A DNA stretch of 63,831 nucleotides, filler included, from Pelomyxa schiedti (GCA_020536535.1; 11 parts of 11 records of this genome joined end to end with filler, not necessarily neighbours in it); one strand, 5' to 3'. Numbered from the whole stretch's first letter, positions 13,247 through 26,440 are shown. Notes: generated by a model from the letters alone, not told the origin. A program made the numbers and translations.

Positions 13247-14160
13247 GATTGTTGCCCAGTGTGCCAAACAAGAAGCTATTGCCATTGCTGACACTGCTTT
13301 TCTCACCTAACTCTCCCTTGGAAGGAGTCAAGAAAAATCTTGTTCCTACCATTATTAGTGTCACCTACAAGAGCCAATGTAGCATATGTCAATGTTTCAG
13401 AGACTGTCCAGCCCTCAGATCCAGCACTCAGACATCATCAGTGTAAACAAACATAGAGACCAAAAACATCCCATTCAACAGTTTTTTGCCCAACAAAGAT
13501 TGACAGTCAAACTTGTCCTGTCTGGTGTGGTATTCAATGCAAAATTTGTGTGTTTGTTTGTGGTTGCTTTTGATGAAGAAACTCCACCTACATGACGATT
13601 TGCCCTTCTTTGGAGAGATTGTTTTTTTTTTTTCTTTGTGGATGGAATCTTCCTGTATTGTGTTGTTTGACCTTTTTTGCACAGCTGTCTGTTCAAAGTT
13701 ATTCAGTGGGATAGTTGTGGAACATAGTAACAACCTTAAATTCATTGGAAGCAATGACTTCATCCAAACTTGTAAGTGCACCTGGCTTTCTACAGGTATA
13801 TCTTGTAACTTATGTTTGTTTTTACTTTGTTTCTGGGAGGTCCTAATGGAAGGTGGAAATGTGTAGCCCACAAACCATGTTAATCCACAAGGCATTTCAA
13901 TCCAAGAAAAAAAATATTTTTTTTAATTGAATTGTGGGTGTACCCACTATGACTAGACTCTAGACTGAGGACCCAACCTGGCCCAAGAGTCAAGAGATCT
14001 AACATCTGGAATAGCACGATAGCCGTGACGTCAGCTAGCACCTGCAACGCGAATGATAACNNNNNNNNNNNNNNNNNNNNNNNNNNNNNNNNNNNNNNNN
14101 NNNNTTAATTAATTAANNNNNNNNNNNNNNNNNNNNNNNNNNNNNNNNNNNNNNNNNNNN

Positions 14161-15654
14161 TGGTGGCAATTATGGGACCCTGGAGTGCGCCTACAGCGCG
14201 GCGACGAGGGTGAGGGAGCAGGGGCCGAGGTGCAGCAGGCCGATGGCGTGCCTCATCCTCGCCTTCTTGTTCATGACTGACGTCAATCTCTTCGAGCCGC
14301 TCATGCCGTGCGATGTGTACTTGTGGGACAAACTGATGGGCGAGGTTAAAGAAGGCGAGGGATTCATCACCGATGGACAGTAGCGGTACTGGAAGATATC
14401 ATCAACAACCACGGCAACAACAGCCAGAATGGGAATTGTGGGATGATAACCGGCGGTGACAGCACAAGTAACAGTGGAGATAGGGTTGTTGTGAACTTTG
14501 GGAGGTTCCTGTTGAGTATGATGCTGGGCAACTTTGAGTTCCCGTTCAGTGATGAGAGAAAAGCCAAAGAGCTCATCAGAATGTCTGCGGATTCTGGTGA
14601 CCCGAGGGCACAGACTTGGTACTGGCAGAACTACGAGAAGGTGGACAAGTACTTACAAGAGGCTGTGGAACAGCGCTACCCTCCTGCACTCCGTGAATTA
14701 GGGATTGCATACTTGGATGGCACTGATTGCATGGCTCCAAATTGGGAAGAAGGCCTCAGGCTGTTGAGGATGAGTGCGGAATTGAGTGATGTTAATGCCC
14801 AGAATGAGTTGGCATCGTTTCTCCTTCACAGAGCTGACCACGTTGAGCAAACCACAGAGGATGAACAGGAGGCATTCAAGTGGGCACAATTGGCTGCACG
14901 AACCGGGATGAAATTTGCTCAGGAAAAATTGGCTGGCATGTATTTCCGAGGGATCGCAGTTGAATGGAATGTGGAAGAGGCCATGAGGCTGTTCAAGCTA
15001 TCTGCTGCACAAGGCAACACTCTGGCTCAAGTAGAACTGGGCGAAATTTATTTCAGTGGTGATCATGATGGAATTCCACTGGATAGGGAGTTGTCAGCAG
15101 AGTACTACTCCATGGCTGCAAACGGAGGTGACGAGGCAGCCCAGTACCACCTGGCACAGTGCTACATATTCGGGTGTGGTGTGGAAAAAGATCTACTCCA
15201 TGCCATGAGCCTTCTAGAGCAGTCATCACATGGAGGATACGCAAAAGCCTACTCCGAATTGGCTGATGTTTATACCTGTGGTGCAGACTTTGGAATTCCA
15301 CAGGATTATCCCAAGGCTGCCCATCTCTACAAACTGGGTCACAAGTTCGGTGATGCCTACGCAACAACAGCACTGGGGCGATGCTATCACCAAGGAAAGG
15401 GAGTCAAACCAAGTCACAGAAAGGCCCTGAAGCTGTTCCACAAGGCCGCTTACTCTGGTCACCATGTACACACTGACATTGGCAGGATTTACCGCGCATC
15501 GTTTAGCGATGAGAGGGAGGCATCAAGGTGGTTCAGGCTGGCTGCTGATGAATACTTCGAGTCGACAACACCTGACCTCCTGGAATCCATTGACGGATTT
15601 GTTGCAGCACACTACAGGGAGCAAATCAGTGCTTTTTACGATTACGATGACTGA
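14161..15654 (+). CDS. Sel1-like (SLR/TPR) repeat protein, 5'-partial
   Basis: ORF 14443-15654 has repeated A...L...Y..G.GV..D...A units (AQYHLAQCYIFGCGVEKDL, ATTALGRCYHQGKGVKPS). A coding-like stretch at 14162-14380 is in another frame. Confidence 0.9.
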
Positions 15655-15804
15655 CAGACTCAGGCTGGTTCGTTAACATGGTTTCCCCGAATGTAAAACT
15701 GATCAGTTTTGCGATGGTCAATAACACAACCAATGGTTTTAATCCTTCCTTCTTCTTCGTGCATTTTACCACCCATAAGTCTTGGATGTGTCCACCACTG
15801 CTGC

Positions 15805-17490
15805 TTAAGTGAGTGTTCCTGACACGGCCAATAATGCAACGAGGAACAACAGTAACGCCGAGGTCACGTGTGAGTGCAATGGTGAACCAGCTGATGTTGA
15901 CTCTGACACGGTAATTGTGCTTGACCGCGACGATTCATCACCCTGTGTGTATGTTATATAATAAATCATAGTAATGTATCGTATTCTAATAGTATGTATA
16001 CACACAGAAGAGGGACTAGAGCCATCATGGTGGCTTGTTGATGTGCTGGTACTTGTACTTGCGCTTGTGCTGTGGCTCACTGAATGTGATGTGGAGGCTG
16101 ACCTGGAATTGGATTGAGATAAAGAATGCGATGCGGAAGTGGATGGTGACACAGATGCTGAGAGTGAATGTGAGTGGGAGTGGGAATGGGATGTGGATTG
16201 GTACATGGACTGTGATGCTGATTGTGATTGCGATTGTGATTGCGATTGTGATTGTGATATGGAGTTCGATGGCGAAGTGGAGTGTGAAGTAGATTGTGAT
16301 TGTGAAGCTGAGTGTGATATAGAATCGGACTTGGAAGTTGAGTGGGAGCTTGATGATGCAGAAGAGGAGGAGAGAGAATCAGAAGAAGAGGAGTGAGAGC
16401 TTGAGGATGTAGATAGGGAGGATGAAGATGATAGAGATGATGAGTGCGAGGAACTTGAGGAGGATGACCTGGAGGATGATACAGAGTACTGGCTCAACGG
16501 ATCAGTAACATGTGGGTTGGTCAAGTAGACCAGTTCCGTGCTTCCGCAGACAATTACATCAGCCCAGCCATCACCTGTTGTGGGGGTCAGGAATTAATTG
16601 AAGTCATGCGAATTCATCAACCAGATATGTCCGCGGCCTTGATGTCCTTTACCCCAGACACATTGGCAATACTGAAGTTGTGCCAGCCGGACCCATCTCC
16701 ATTGTAGTTCGAGAACCACTGAACAGTATTTACTGCCCCCGAAGCCATGTCTGTGGTTGAATCCTGAAGAAAAAATGAGACATCAATACCTATACTTGAA
16801 TCTTACGTGGTTGAAGTCAGCCCACGCTGCAAAACGGTACCCAGTGATGGGTATAATGGGGTATGTAACCCATGTTCCACTGTTGCGAAGTCAAAAAACT
16901 GATGGCGTTACAGATGTCGATGTTGTACCTGTGACCTGGGTTCTTGTGCCAATAAGCGCCGGTCAGACTGAAACCCATTTGTACAACATCCAACCAGCTG
17001 TACACCGATGAGTATGGATCAAAAGAAAAACGACGTACCCATCGCCATCAATATCTACAGTGTATACCTCAGTAGCTGGAGCAAGGGCCGAAACGGAAGT
17101 GGGTGACCAGCACTCTGATGTAGAATCGCAATTGGAATGGAAGTATCTGAGTGGTCCGGCTGTGCTATTCTGTAGTCCGGCGGCAAAATCCCCAAGTTTT
17201 CCAGTTTTCTTAACATTTGTTAGAGACCAAGTGGAAACGAATTGGAAACATTACCGTAATGTTGCCTACAGCCAAACCCCTTAAATCTCTCTCGGGAGAC
17301 GAAACTGTGTGCTGTACAAAACCGGGGTTTTCAAACCACCATAGTCCTCCAACAATGGCCGGGTTTGATGCAAGGTAGTTGCCCCCAACTACTACATCCA
17401 TTGTTCCATCTAAACTGCGGATTAGTTCCACCGGGAAAAAGAGAGTCAAGGAGGTTTTACCTCCATTCACATCCCAGTGCTCCACTTGCT
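15805..17490 (-). CDS. FG-GAP/VCBS-repeat surface protein with Ser-rich stalk and hydrophobic C-terminus, 5'-partial
   Basis: Minus-strand exons give DVVVGGNY...GGLWWFENPG, VDIDGDG, and VQWFSNYNGDGSGW...DIKAADISG, then a (SQ)n/(SH)n/poly-S stalk and SALLLFLVALLAVSGTLT*. Confidence 0.7.
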
Positions 17491-17590
17491 NNNNNNNNNN
17501 NNNNNNNNNNNNNNNNNNNNNNNNNNNNNNNNNNTTAATTAATTAANNNNNNNNNNNNNNNNNNNNNNNNNNNNNNNNNNNNNNNNNNNN

Positions 17591-19736
17591 TCAATTGCGT
17601 CTATTCCTTCAACAAGTAGGTTCCAATAGTCTTCTTTGCCAGGAGCACCAGGAAAGCGGCAGCTCATACCAACAATTGCTGTGGGTTCAGTTCTGTTTCA
17701 TATAAGTTTTGAAAGGGAAAGGCAGTGCCTACACAACAGTGTCCTCACTAACTCCAGCTGTTGGTTTTATGTCATCATGAGCCAAATACTGTGAAAGCTG
17801 CTCGATATTGGGGTACTCAAACAGAAGAGTTGGCGTGAGTTTAGCGCCAATCCATGCTTCTAACTCTGCAGCAAGGGCTATTACGCTTGCTGAGGTAAGA
17901 CCAAGTGTGAAAAACGGTGCTTGTAGATCAACGTCTCCTCCCCCAAGTTTTATGGAAACTCGTCTCGCCAACCATTCTGCTATCTCAAGTGCCCTGGGAC
18001 TGAGTTGTGTAACCTGTGACAAGGTAAATAAACTTGAAAGGAACACCAAGAAACAACCTGAGGTGACTGATGTGTGGTGGCCAGCTGAGTTGGCAGAAGT
18101 GGAGATCCAAGTTGGGAAGGGGAGGTTGCAGTATGAGGAAGGGGAACTTGGCCTCCTACAGGTGACGAAGGGGTAGGAGCCGGAGTGGCTGATATTGGAG
18201 GGGTTCTGTTCCATTGAACAATGACCTCGAAAATCCTGTGGTCTTCCAAACACATTTGGCGTTGAATTTTTCCTGCTGTGCGCCGTAAAACACCTTGCTT
18301 GACCAAGAGAATACTTTCTATCTGTAAAGGAACTAAGGATAACAGTGGAAATCCTGAGGGAAAACCTGCAGGTTTAGGTCCTCTATAACTTTATGCGCTA
18401 TTTCAGCCAATACTGGAATGGCCATCTCAGGGGAAGAAAAATCAGGGGAAGCTTCAGCAACAACGACAGTATTCTTTCCATCCTCCTCTACAACAAATGC
18501 AGCAGAATCGGCTATCCCACTGAAAGAGTTCACCACTGCTTCCACATCCTTTTTTTATCAAATCAAAAAAAAAAAAAGGGAAAAACCTAAACGGTTACCT
18601 CAGGGAAGAAATATCTCCCATCAGCCAAACAGATTAAATCGCAAAGGCGGCCAAGTACAAATAACTTGTCATCATGGATGAAACCAACATCCCCTAAGAT
18701 CCGTTAGGGTGTTACGAGGAAAACACCACACACCAGTAGAAAGAGAGCGCTCTTCAAAACCCTCAAACCGAGTGCAGATAGCTGAAGGATCCCCAGACAT
18801 ATAACCAGAGGCAAGGGCACTTCCATATACCCAAATTTCACCAACATGTCCAGGTTTGCACTGAAATAAACTAAATTAACCCGCTAAGACAGTATAGGAA
18901 TGTACCTCTTCATGGGTTTTAATGTCAACAATGCATACAGAAGTGGCAGGAGGGGTTGGTGTGCCACAGCTCACAACTGAGCGTGTATCAGGACCAAAAC
19001 AGAAAGCAACATCAACTTCAAGTTTTTGTAAGGCAGAGCGGCGCACATAAACAACGCAAGGGGGGTGTGTCTGAAATTGTGTGAAAAAAGGTTAACCGGC
19101 GTTCACACAGTACATTTGATGCATTGAGACCAAGAAAGTAGCCTCTGCAATTGTATACATAGGGAGAAGAACATTTCGCTTAAGATGACAAACAGAAAAA
19201 CTTTGCCGGCATTTCTCAAGAAGAGCTGCACTAATGGAGTCTCCAGCTGGAGGAAAAGAGGATGGCATTTAGAAGAATAAAGGAAGGAATAACTTCCTAC
19301 TGATTATTGCTGTTGATAGTGAGGACAAATCAATGCGCTCCAATTCACTTGGGGGAAGACTTGAAGCTACCTGATAGGCAAACGGTGGAGCTATAGTAAT
19401 ATTCGCTTTAATTTCAGAAATCAACATAAGCCACCTGGGAAAAAACATCAGACCACCGAAGTTACAAAGATTCCCTAACCTCAGAGGGTTGGCCAAGAAT
19501 GAGACAGGTGACATTACGTATGATGCACATCCACACAGAGGCATAACCACCAGAGACAACAGCGCCATGCTTGAAGTAAAAGGTAACCAGGCAAGAAGTT
19601 TTGGCTGCTCTGCTGTAGCAGGAGTGGTATGAAGAAGCAGCCGGTTGCATACAACCCAGGCATTGTTAACAGCGGCCTCATGTCTAACAACAACTGGGCG
19701 AGGAAGCCCACATGTTCCTGAAGTGAACTGAACATA
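17591..19736 (-). CDS. Type I PKS/FAS N-terminal part: fatty acyl-AMP ligase-like adenylation domain, ACP and start of ketosynthase (partial at both ends)
   Basis: [14 protein letters not shown] (A3), WLPFTSSMA...[33 protein letters not shown] (A7/A8), RRTAGKIQR (A10), [17 protein letters not shown]...[53 protein letters not shown]. Spliced. Confidence 0.85.
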
Positions 19737-19836
19737 NNNNNNNNNNNNNNNNNNNNNNNNNNNNNNNNNNNNNNNNNNNNTTAATTAATTAANNNNNNNN
19801 NNNNNNNNNNNNNNNNNNNNNNNNNNNNNNNNNNNN

Positions 19837-21140
19837 GGACCGACCAACCTGTCGCTGGGTGTCAGTGAGTGGCACCATGCTGTCGTGCATCCTGCACTCG
19901 TGCTGATCCCCCCCTCGTGCCCCCCCTCTTGCCTCCGCCCCCCCGCCCCCGCCGCCGCCGCTGCTGGTGGCGCTAGTTGCCTGGTGCCTCCGTCCCCCCC
20001 GCCCTCCCGCTGTGTTGTTGTCGTTGCCGCTGCTGATGCTGGCGACGATCCCCCCCAGCACCCGGCGCTTCGTCGCTGTGCCCAGGGCGCGGGTGCGGGC
20101 CACGCCCCACGCAACCCCCCACCACGCCGGGGTACCACCACCACCACCACGGCCAATGACCCCCCTACTCACAGCGCTGCTGAGCATCGTGTGTCAGGTG
20201 ACTGTTTTATTGTTTAGTGGTATGAACAGAACCATCAAAAACCATCAGAGTGACAAGGAAGACGGAGTGAATTTCCCGTGGAGCACTGAAATCCAGTCCA
20301 CATTCTGCTGCTTGTGCACAGGGTTGAAATTTGAACAGGAGAGTGAGACTGACAGGACTCTTCTCCTCGTGCAATGCTCACGTAAACGATTTGAAGTTTC
20401 CAACTTGGGTGCGAAGCCGATGATCAGTGGCAACAGCGACTACGCCCGCGGCGGAGAACCCATAAGTCTGATTGCGCTAGGTTTCCACAGGTGTACCGCT
20501 AGGCGAAATACTACAGCAAGGTGATTTTCAAACATCATCAATTACTGCAAGGGAATACACCCGTTGCAGTCAAAGACAGCACTTTGTATTTGGCTTCAAT
20601 TGACGTGGAAGACAGGCTCATACAAGAGGCAGCTTACTTGCAGTAAGCAATAAACTTCTTTCCCCCATTTCTCCTCCTTTTGCTCACGGCATGATCGGAG
20701 GCGTCTTGCCATCACCACTCCTAACCAGTTGCATCTATTCATCAATATTCAATGTATTTCTTAAACTCCAAAGGGGATTATTGATACGAAAGAAAGTCTT
20801 TACCAAGTAGCCAGTTCTCCGGTAAAAAACTTGTGTGTTCCACTGCTAAAGTAAATTTAACAACACACATTAGAAAAGCTGTTTGTCCAGTTGAGGGAAC
20901 TACCTCTGGAACAAACCGCTATTCCCGAGTTCAATCCAACTCTTTTCAAGTCTTGCCCGGCATCTACCTTTGATAAGTCTGGGTTAAGGAATTGCCTCCA
21001 CCACCTAATTACGTACCACTGTCGGAAATGCTCAAAGCCAGTTTCACCATAAAGAATCTAAGAAAAAAGAAAATCCTGGCAGATGTGAGATGATGCGCGT
21101 ACACTTATTCAACAAAACATTCTTATTACTGGTGGGTAAA
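19837..21140 (+). CDS. Hypothetical multi-exon protein, 5'-partial
   Basis: GC-rich 5' block and ORF 19967-20524, followed by short exon-like segments. No domain recognised. Confidence 0.3.
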
Positions 21141-21945
21141 CTATTTTCCCGGGACTTGCGAATTAATGCCAATTAATGTCAATGCCCTCCTGGCCACTGA
21201 CATTTCGCACACCACAACAAAAAAAATTTGCAGCAAGCAAGGGCAACAGGTGCGTTGCAGGGTTATACTAGCGCCAATGTGGGTATCCTCCTTGGTTTGT
21301 TTCTCCCACACAACTGTCCAGAGCATCTGGTGAAAGGAGGCTTCTGTGGTGTCCATTACCCCCACCATCAAAGAGTAATACCATCAATTTGTGTTCTTCC
21401 CCAGAATAAGATCCCACAAGTCAACAATCTTGAGAAAACATTGTGGCAAAGAGTGTTTCCCATGCCATTGTTGTTGCAAGGGAAATTAGATGCTTCCCCC
21501 TGGGGCGCATCTGAACTTTCAGGATCTTTCCCAATCTTTTTGTGTTTTGAACATAAGAAAGTCAGGCGACGGGGGCGAGGGTACAGACAACAACGACGGC
21601 GGGAACACCCCCAGGCGAGGTGGTCAGGCTGGCTACAACGACGGGGATGACGATGATGGGATGTTGGACACAACAACAACAAACGGGGGGCATGTGTGAT
21701 GGTGATGGTGGTGGGGGGCACGGCCACAATCACACGCACTGGGTGGAGATGGCCAAACTGGCTGAGATGGCTGGGAGGTACTGTGGTATGTGCCGTGTGT
21801 ATGTCTGTGGGTATGCTGTATTATGTAAGTGGGGCGTGGCGTGTANNNNNNNNNNNNNNNNNNNNNNNNNNNNNNNNNNNNNNNNNNNNTTAATTAATTA
21901 ANNNNNNNNNNNNNNNNNNNNNNNNNNNNNNNNNNNNNNNNNNNN

Positions 21946-23908
21946 GAAGCGAGCTCGTTGGAGTACCTCTAGTTCAGGCTGCTGTCAACGGGCAACTTCA
22001 CATCATCCAGTGGCTGGTGAGCACCTTTGACTTGGATAATGATGCCACCACCAGAGTGGCTGTAGCAGATTCATTCCACCCAATGAAAGGCAGAGTCTCT
22101 GACGTGAGACGTTTCGTGGAGACCTTTCCACACTGGGACTTCAGTGAGTCTGCCAGGTCCTTGGCTGCATCAGCAGCATTCTGCAAGGGGTGCCCAGCAG
22201 ATGAGGTCATTGAGGTGTGCCAGTGGCTCAAGGATCATTTCTTGTTGAATGGTGAAGATTTCATTTCTCCAGACAGCCCAACCTCTTTGCCAAAGAGTGC
22301 AAAGGTTGTCAAGTGGGCACTCTCTGATGGTTTAACAGGTGATTATGAAATGTCCAACCTTTGGGACCTCTGTTCCTTGCATAGCGGTAATGTTGAACTG
22401 GGAAAGTGGCTTGTTGAGGAGAAGGGAGTGAGAATTGGAACCGACAGCTTTCTTCAGGCGTTTTCCTGCACTCATGACAAAGTGGAGCTTTTTGAATGGA
22501 TGTTCAAGAAACTGGGTGGTGAGTTGAGTTCCTCAGATTTGCTCGATGCACTCCACAGGGCTTTGGCCAACCCAAACCGTTTGGATTTGGTCTGCAAGTG
22601 GTTGGAGAAGCAGCTCCTCACAACGACAGGCACAAAGCCCAAAATTTCTCTCAAGGAGCTCCTTTATTGGCATCATCCTGTGGGTGAAGGCTGGCTTGAC
22701 TGGGTGTNNNNNNNNNNNNNNNNNNNNNNNNNNNNNNNNNNNNNNNNNNNNNNNNNNNNNNNNNNNNNNNNNNNNNNNNNNNNNNNNNNNNNNNNNNNNN
22801 NNNNNNNTTGGTCTGCAAGTGGTTGGAGAAGCAGCTCCTCACAACGACAGGCACAAAGCCCAAAATTTCTCTCAAGGAGCTCCTTTATTGGCATCATCCT
22901 GTGGGTGAAGGCTGGCTTGACTGGGTGTTTACCCATCACCCAGAAGCTTGTGAGATCAACTGGAGCCAATCTGAAGTGCTCACTTTGTACAAAGGGGGCT
23001 TCTTTGCACCCAAAATGGATGCTGTATTGTCCATTTGGAAGAAGTTTTCCTTGTCTCCTGTGACCCACCATCGCATCCTCATGGGACTTCTGCTCCACTT
23101 TCTGAAGCAGGGCACATCCTCAGAGATCCAGCAAGTTTTGTCCCTTGGTCAATTCTCCCGTTCTGAGATGGAGAGAGCCTTGGCGGTGTACAGTGAGGAC
23201 CCACAGTCGTCCAAGATTGTGAAGCTCTTGGTCTCCTCTGTGTTTCTTTGTGGAAGAAGAGCCACACCACAAAATAGAATTGAGAGCACACCACCAGTCA
23301 TCAATGTAGTGTTTTTCAAAATGGTTTCCAGCAACAAACGCAGCTGTGTGAGGTGGTTGTTCAACAGATTCAACATCACTCTTCCTCAGGTATTCTCCCT
23401 GTTCTCTTCTCTTTACCTGTCACTCAAACCTTTCCACTTTTGCAAAACACACACAGTTCCTTTCTGCAATTAATATTCAGTTGGAAAGTCAAGTGGACCT
23501 TGCCACATGGAAGCTGNNNNNNNNNNNNNNNNNNNNNNNNNNNNNNNNNNNNNNNNNNNNNNNNNNNNNNNNNNNNNNNNNNNNNNNNNNNNNNNNNNNN
23601 NNNNNNNNNNNNNNNNTCCCTGTTCTCTTCTCTTTACCTGTCACTCAAACCTTTCCACTTTTGCAAAACACACACAGTTCCTTTCTGCAATTAATATTCA
23701 GTTGGAAAGTCAAGTGGACCTTGCCACATGGAAGCTGCTGCCGACGCTGTTCCCAGACATCACAAGGGATGTCATCATCAACAACTTCATGGAAATTGTC
23801 GTGGCATCACCACGTCACTCACAGTTCACCACCAACAAGCTGGGTGTCACTCAGGATGACATTGAGAAGTTCCGCCTGACCCGACAACCATCAGAGAGCT
23901 CCTTGTAG
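21946..23908 (+). CDS. Degenerate ankyrin-like repeat family member, 5'-partial; contains two N gaps with duplicated flanks
   Basis: AAVNGQLHIIQWLV, CSLHSGNVELGKWLVEE, and the family C-terminal exon VDLATWKLLPTLFPDITRDVI...ASPRHSQFT. Confidence 0.8.
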
Positions 23909-23970
23909 AGTTTGTAGGAACAAGAGGTTTGTTTGTCGTTGCACTGGAGATCGACAATTGTGTGAGGCAG

Positions 23971-26304
23971 ATGAGTGCAACAAGAGGCACAGGTTGCCGT
24001 GCACCGGCGGTTACGATGTCAAACAACATAACACGCAGCCAACTACCCACGAGGATGACGACTACGAGGGAGACGGCGCTGTCGCACGCCGTGATGGTGT
24101 CGCGCGTGGTGTGGGACTCGGTGGTGGCGTGGCTCGCGCCCGAGCTGAGCGGCAGTGATGGAGACGGGGCTACGCTGCCTATGGAGCACGCGGTGGGGCT
24201 GTGCGTGGTGGGCGAGGCGCTGTTCCCGCTGAGGGGGCTCGTGCGCCGGGCCCTCGTGGCGCACACCGCCGACAAGTGGCACGTGGCCCTGCGCGCGGCG
24301 GCCGAGGCAGGGAGCGCCTCGTGCGTCGACTGGCTCGTAGCATCGAGGAGGACGGAGCGAGCGAGCGAGGAGAAGAAAGCAATGGGGTCCGTGGGCGCCG
24401 AACGAGGAGGAGAGCGAGGGAGAGGAGAGGAGATGGGGGGAGACGGGGGTGCGATGTTGGCACGGAGGAGGAGGAGGAGGAGGAGGAGGGAGAACAAGGA
24501 GTTCATGTGCGTGCTTGGGGCTGTGTGTGGGCGGGGGGAGGCTCAGAGGCTCGTGGGTGGTGGCTGGCCTGGCCTCACGTGGGAGAGTGATTTGATCCCT
24601 GGTGTTGGTGATGGAGGTGCTGGTAGAGGTAGTGGGAGTGACCTGGGGGATCATGTGAGGGGGAATCCAATTCTGTTTGGTGTGTGTGAAAGGGGACGGG
24701 TCGATGTGGCCGAATGGTTGGTCCAGAGGTTTGGGTTCAGGGACCCGTGGGAATTTTTAGTCCCACTTGAGGCTGCACTCAAAGGTGGCCACCTGGAGTT
24801 GGCCCAGTGGATTGTCAGTAGCTTTGATTTGGTGGCCGAAAAGTGCAAGAAATACAGCTCTCTCTTGGGCTTTCACTCGAAGGTGTGCAAGAGTGGGAAC
24901 CTGGAGGTTGTCAAGTGGTTCTTTGAAACGTTTCCCAAAGTGGATGCCAACAGTACTTTCAGGAGTTGCATTGAGGGAAAGAGTCTCAGCAGTGTGGAAA
25001 TCTGCAACTACGTCAGCAAGCACATTGAATTGCCTCTACATTTTGACCCCTTTGAGTGTTGCATTGGAAGACTCGATGTGTTGAAGTGGGTGATGTCTGA
25101 ATTGCCCTCCATTGATGCAAGTTTTCCGTTGGATAAAAAGATTGTAGAGGATTTATGTGGAAAAAAAGAAGCACTCGAGCTCATCAAGTTCTTTGTGGAA
25201 GGCAACTTAGTCGTTGCAACGCCAGCACTATTACTCAGAGCCTGCAGCAACTTAAAAGATAACACTGAACTAGTGAAATGGTTGTCAACAAGAGTGTCAC
25301 TTTCACAGGAGGATATTGACAACTCATTTGTTGCTGCGTTGGCCCACAGCAACACATCAATTGCATCATGGTTGGAAGATTCTCACCACATCTTGGAACG
25401 GCATAAGGAAGCTGCAGATTCCGCACAACTGCTTGGGAGGCTGTGTGAAAGGATTCCCTGTTATGCAAGAAGAAGAACAGCTGGCTTGAAGTGGCTCCTG
25501 AACCGCTTGGATACCAAATCTATCCCTTCTGATCAAGCAGTGGACTGTGTTGGTGACCTTCTAGAGAACTGCGAGTCAACCAGGGCAGCCCTCCTTCTTC
25601 TTGACAAGTTCCCAATGATCCCCAAAAAGGCAAGATCAGAACTCCTCACACTTACTCTCAGGCAAACCATTTGGGATGATTGTCTCACACAAGTAAAAAG
25701 GATTGTAGCCATGATGATGGACTGCAGCAATGGGTTCACCAAGGATGAGATTGCGAGGTGCCTTTCAAGTGCAACTAGTGCAGTATCCAGCAAAACAGTG
25801 AAGTGGCTTATCACACATTTTCAACTTGAACGGGAACACATCATAGCCGACAACAACAACATCCTGTGCAAACTGCTTTCATGGGGACAAGAGTGCTGTG
25901 CAGAGTGGCTCATAAACAAGTTCAACATCACATTTGATGAGGTAAAACTCCCCTTACTCATTAAATCTCCCTTTTCTCTTTGCTTATAATTCCTCTCTAT
26001 GATGCCTTTCAGGTTTTGAGGTTGTCATGGGTACAACTCCAACAATAGTTGATGCAATGTTGATTTTTGTTAGGTTTCCTCATCACTTTTCCGGTTTGAC
26101 TTTGCCACATGGCAGATGATGGTTGAAGTTTTCTCAGGCATCACAGCCACCATCATCAAGCAGAAGTACCTCAAGCTTGTGTGCCATTCACCTGTCATTG
26201 CACATTTCACACTGAGGCAGTTCCCTGATGTTACAATGGAGGACCTTCTTGCCTTCGGCAGGACTTATGAAGGATATTTACCGTTATGGTTACCAATTGG
26301 CTGA
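23971..26304 (+). CDS. Degenerate ankyrin-like repeat family member (exons about 23971-25941, 26013-26030, 26074-26304)
   Basis: N-terminal cassette VSRVVWD...HAVGLCVVGEALFPLRG...AAAEAGSASCVDWL, repeats CERGRVDVAEWLV, ALKGGHLELAQW and CKSGNLEVVKW. GT-AG introns keep the frame. Confidence 0.85.
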
Positions 26305-26440
26305 ATAAAAAAAACACCATACCGCCGATGACAACGAAAAAACGAGCGTTCCGGTCTGATGATTATTTTAAATTAAGTACACTTCCAAGAACTCCTTGTT
26401 CGGCTTTTTTCTTTGAACTCGTACTCATCAAAGTGTCCCG

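Noticed and set aside
16035-16396. Plus-strand ORFs with (CD)n, (EW)n and (IA)n repeats
   Set aside because: Antisense shadows of the Ser-rich stalk on the minus strand.
22587-22928. About 120-bp direct repeats flanking N100 gaps (also 23396/23617, 28704/28924, 55085/55306)
   Set aside because: Identical overlaps on both sides of scaffold gaps are unmerged contig ends, not tandem duplications or TSDs.
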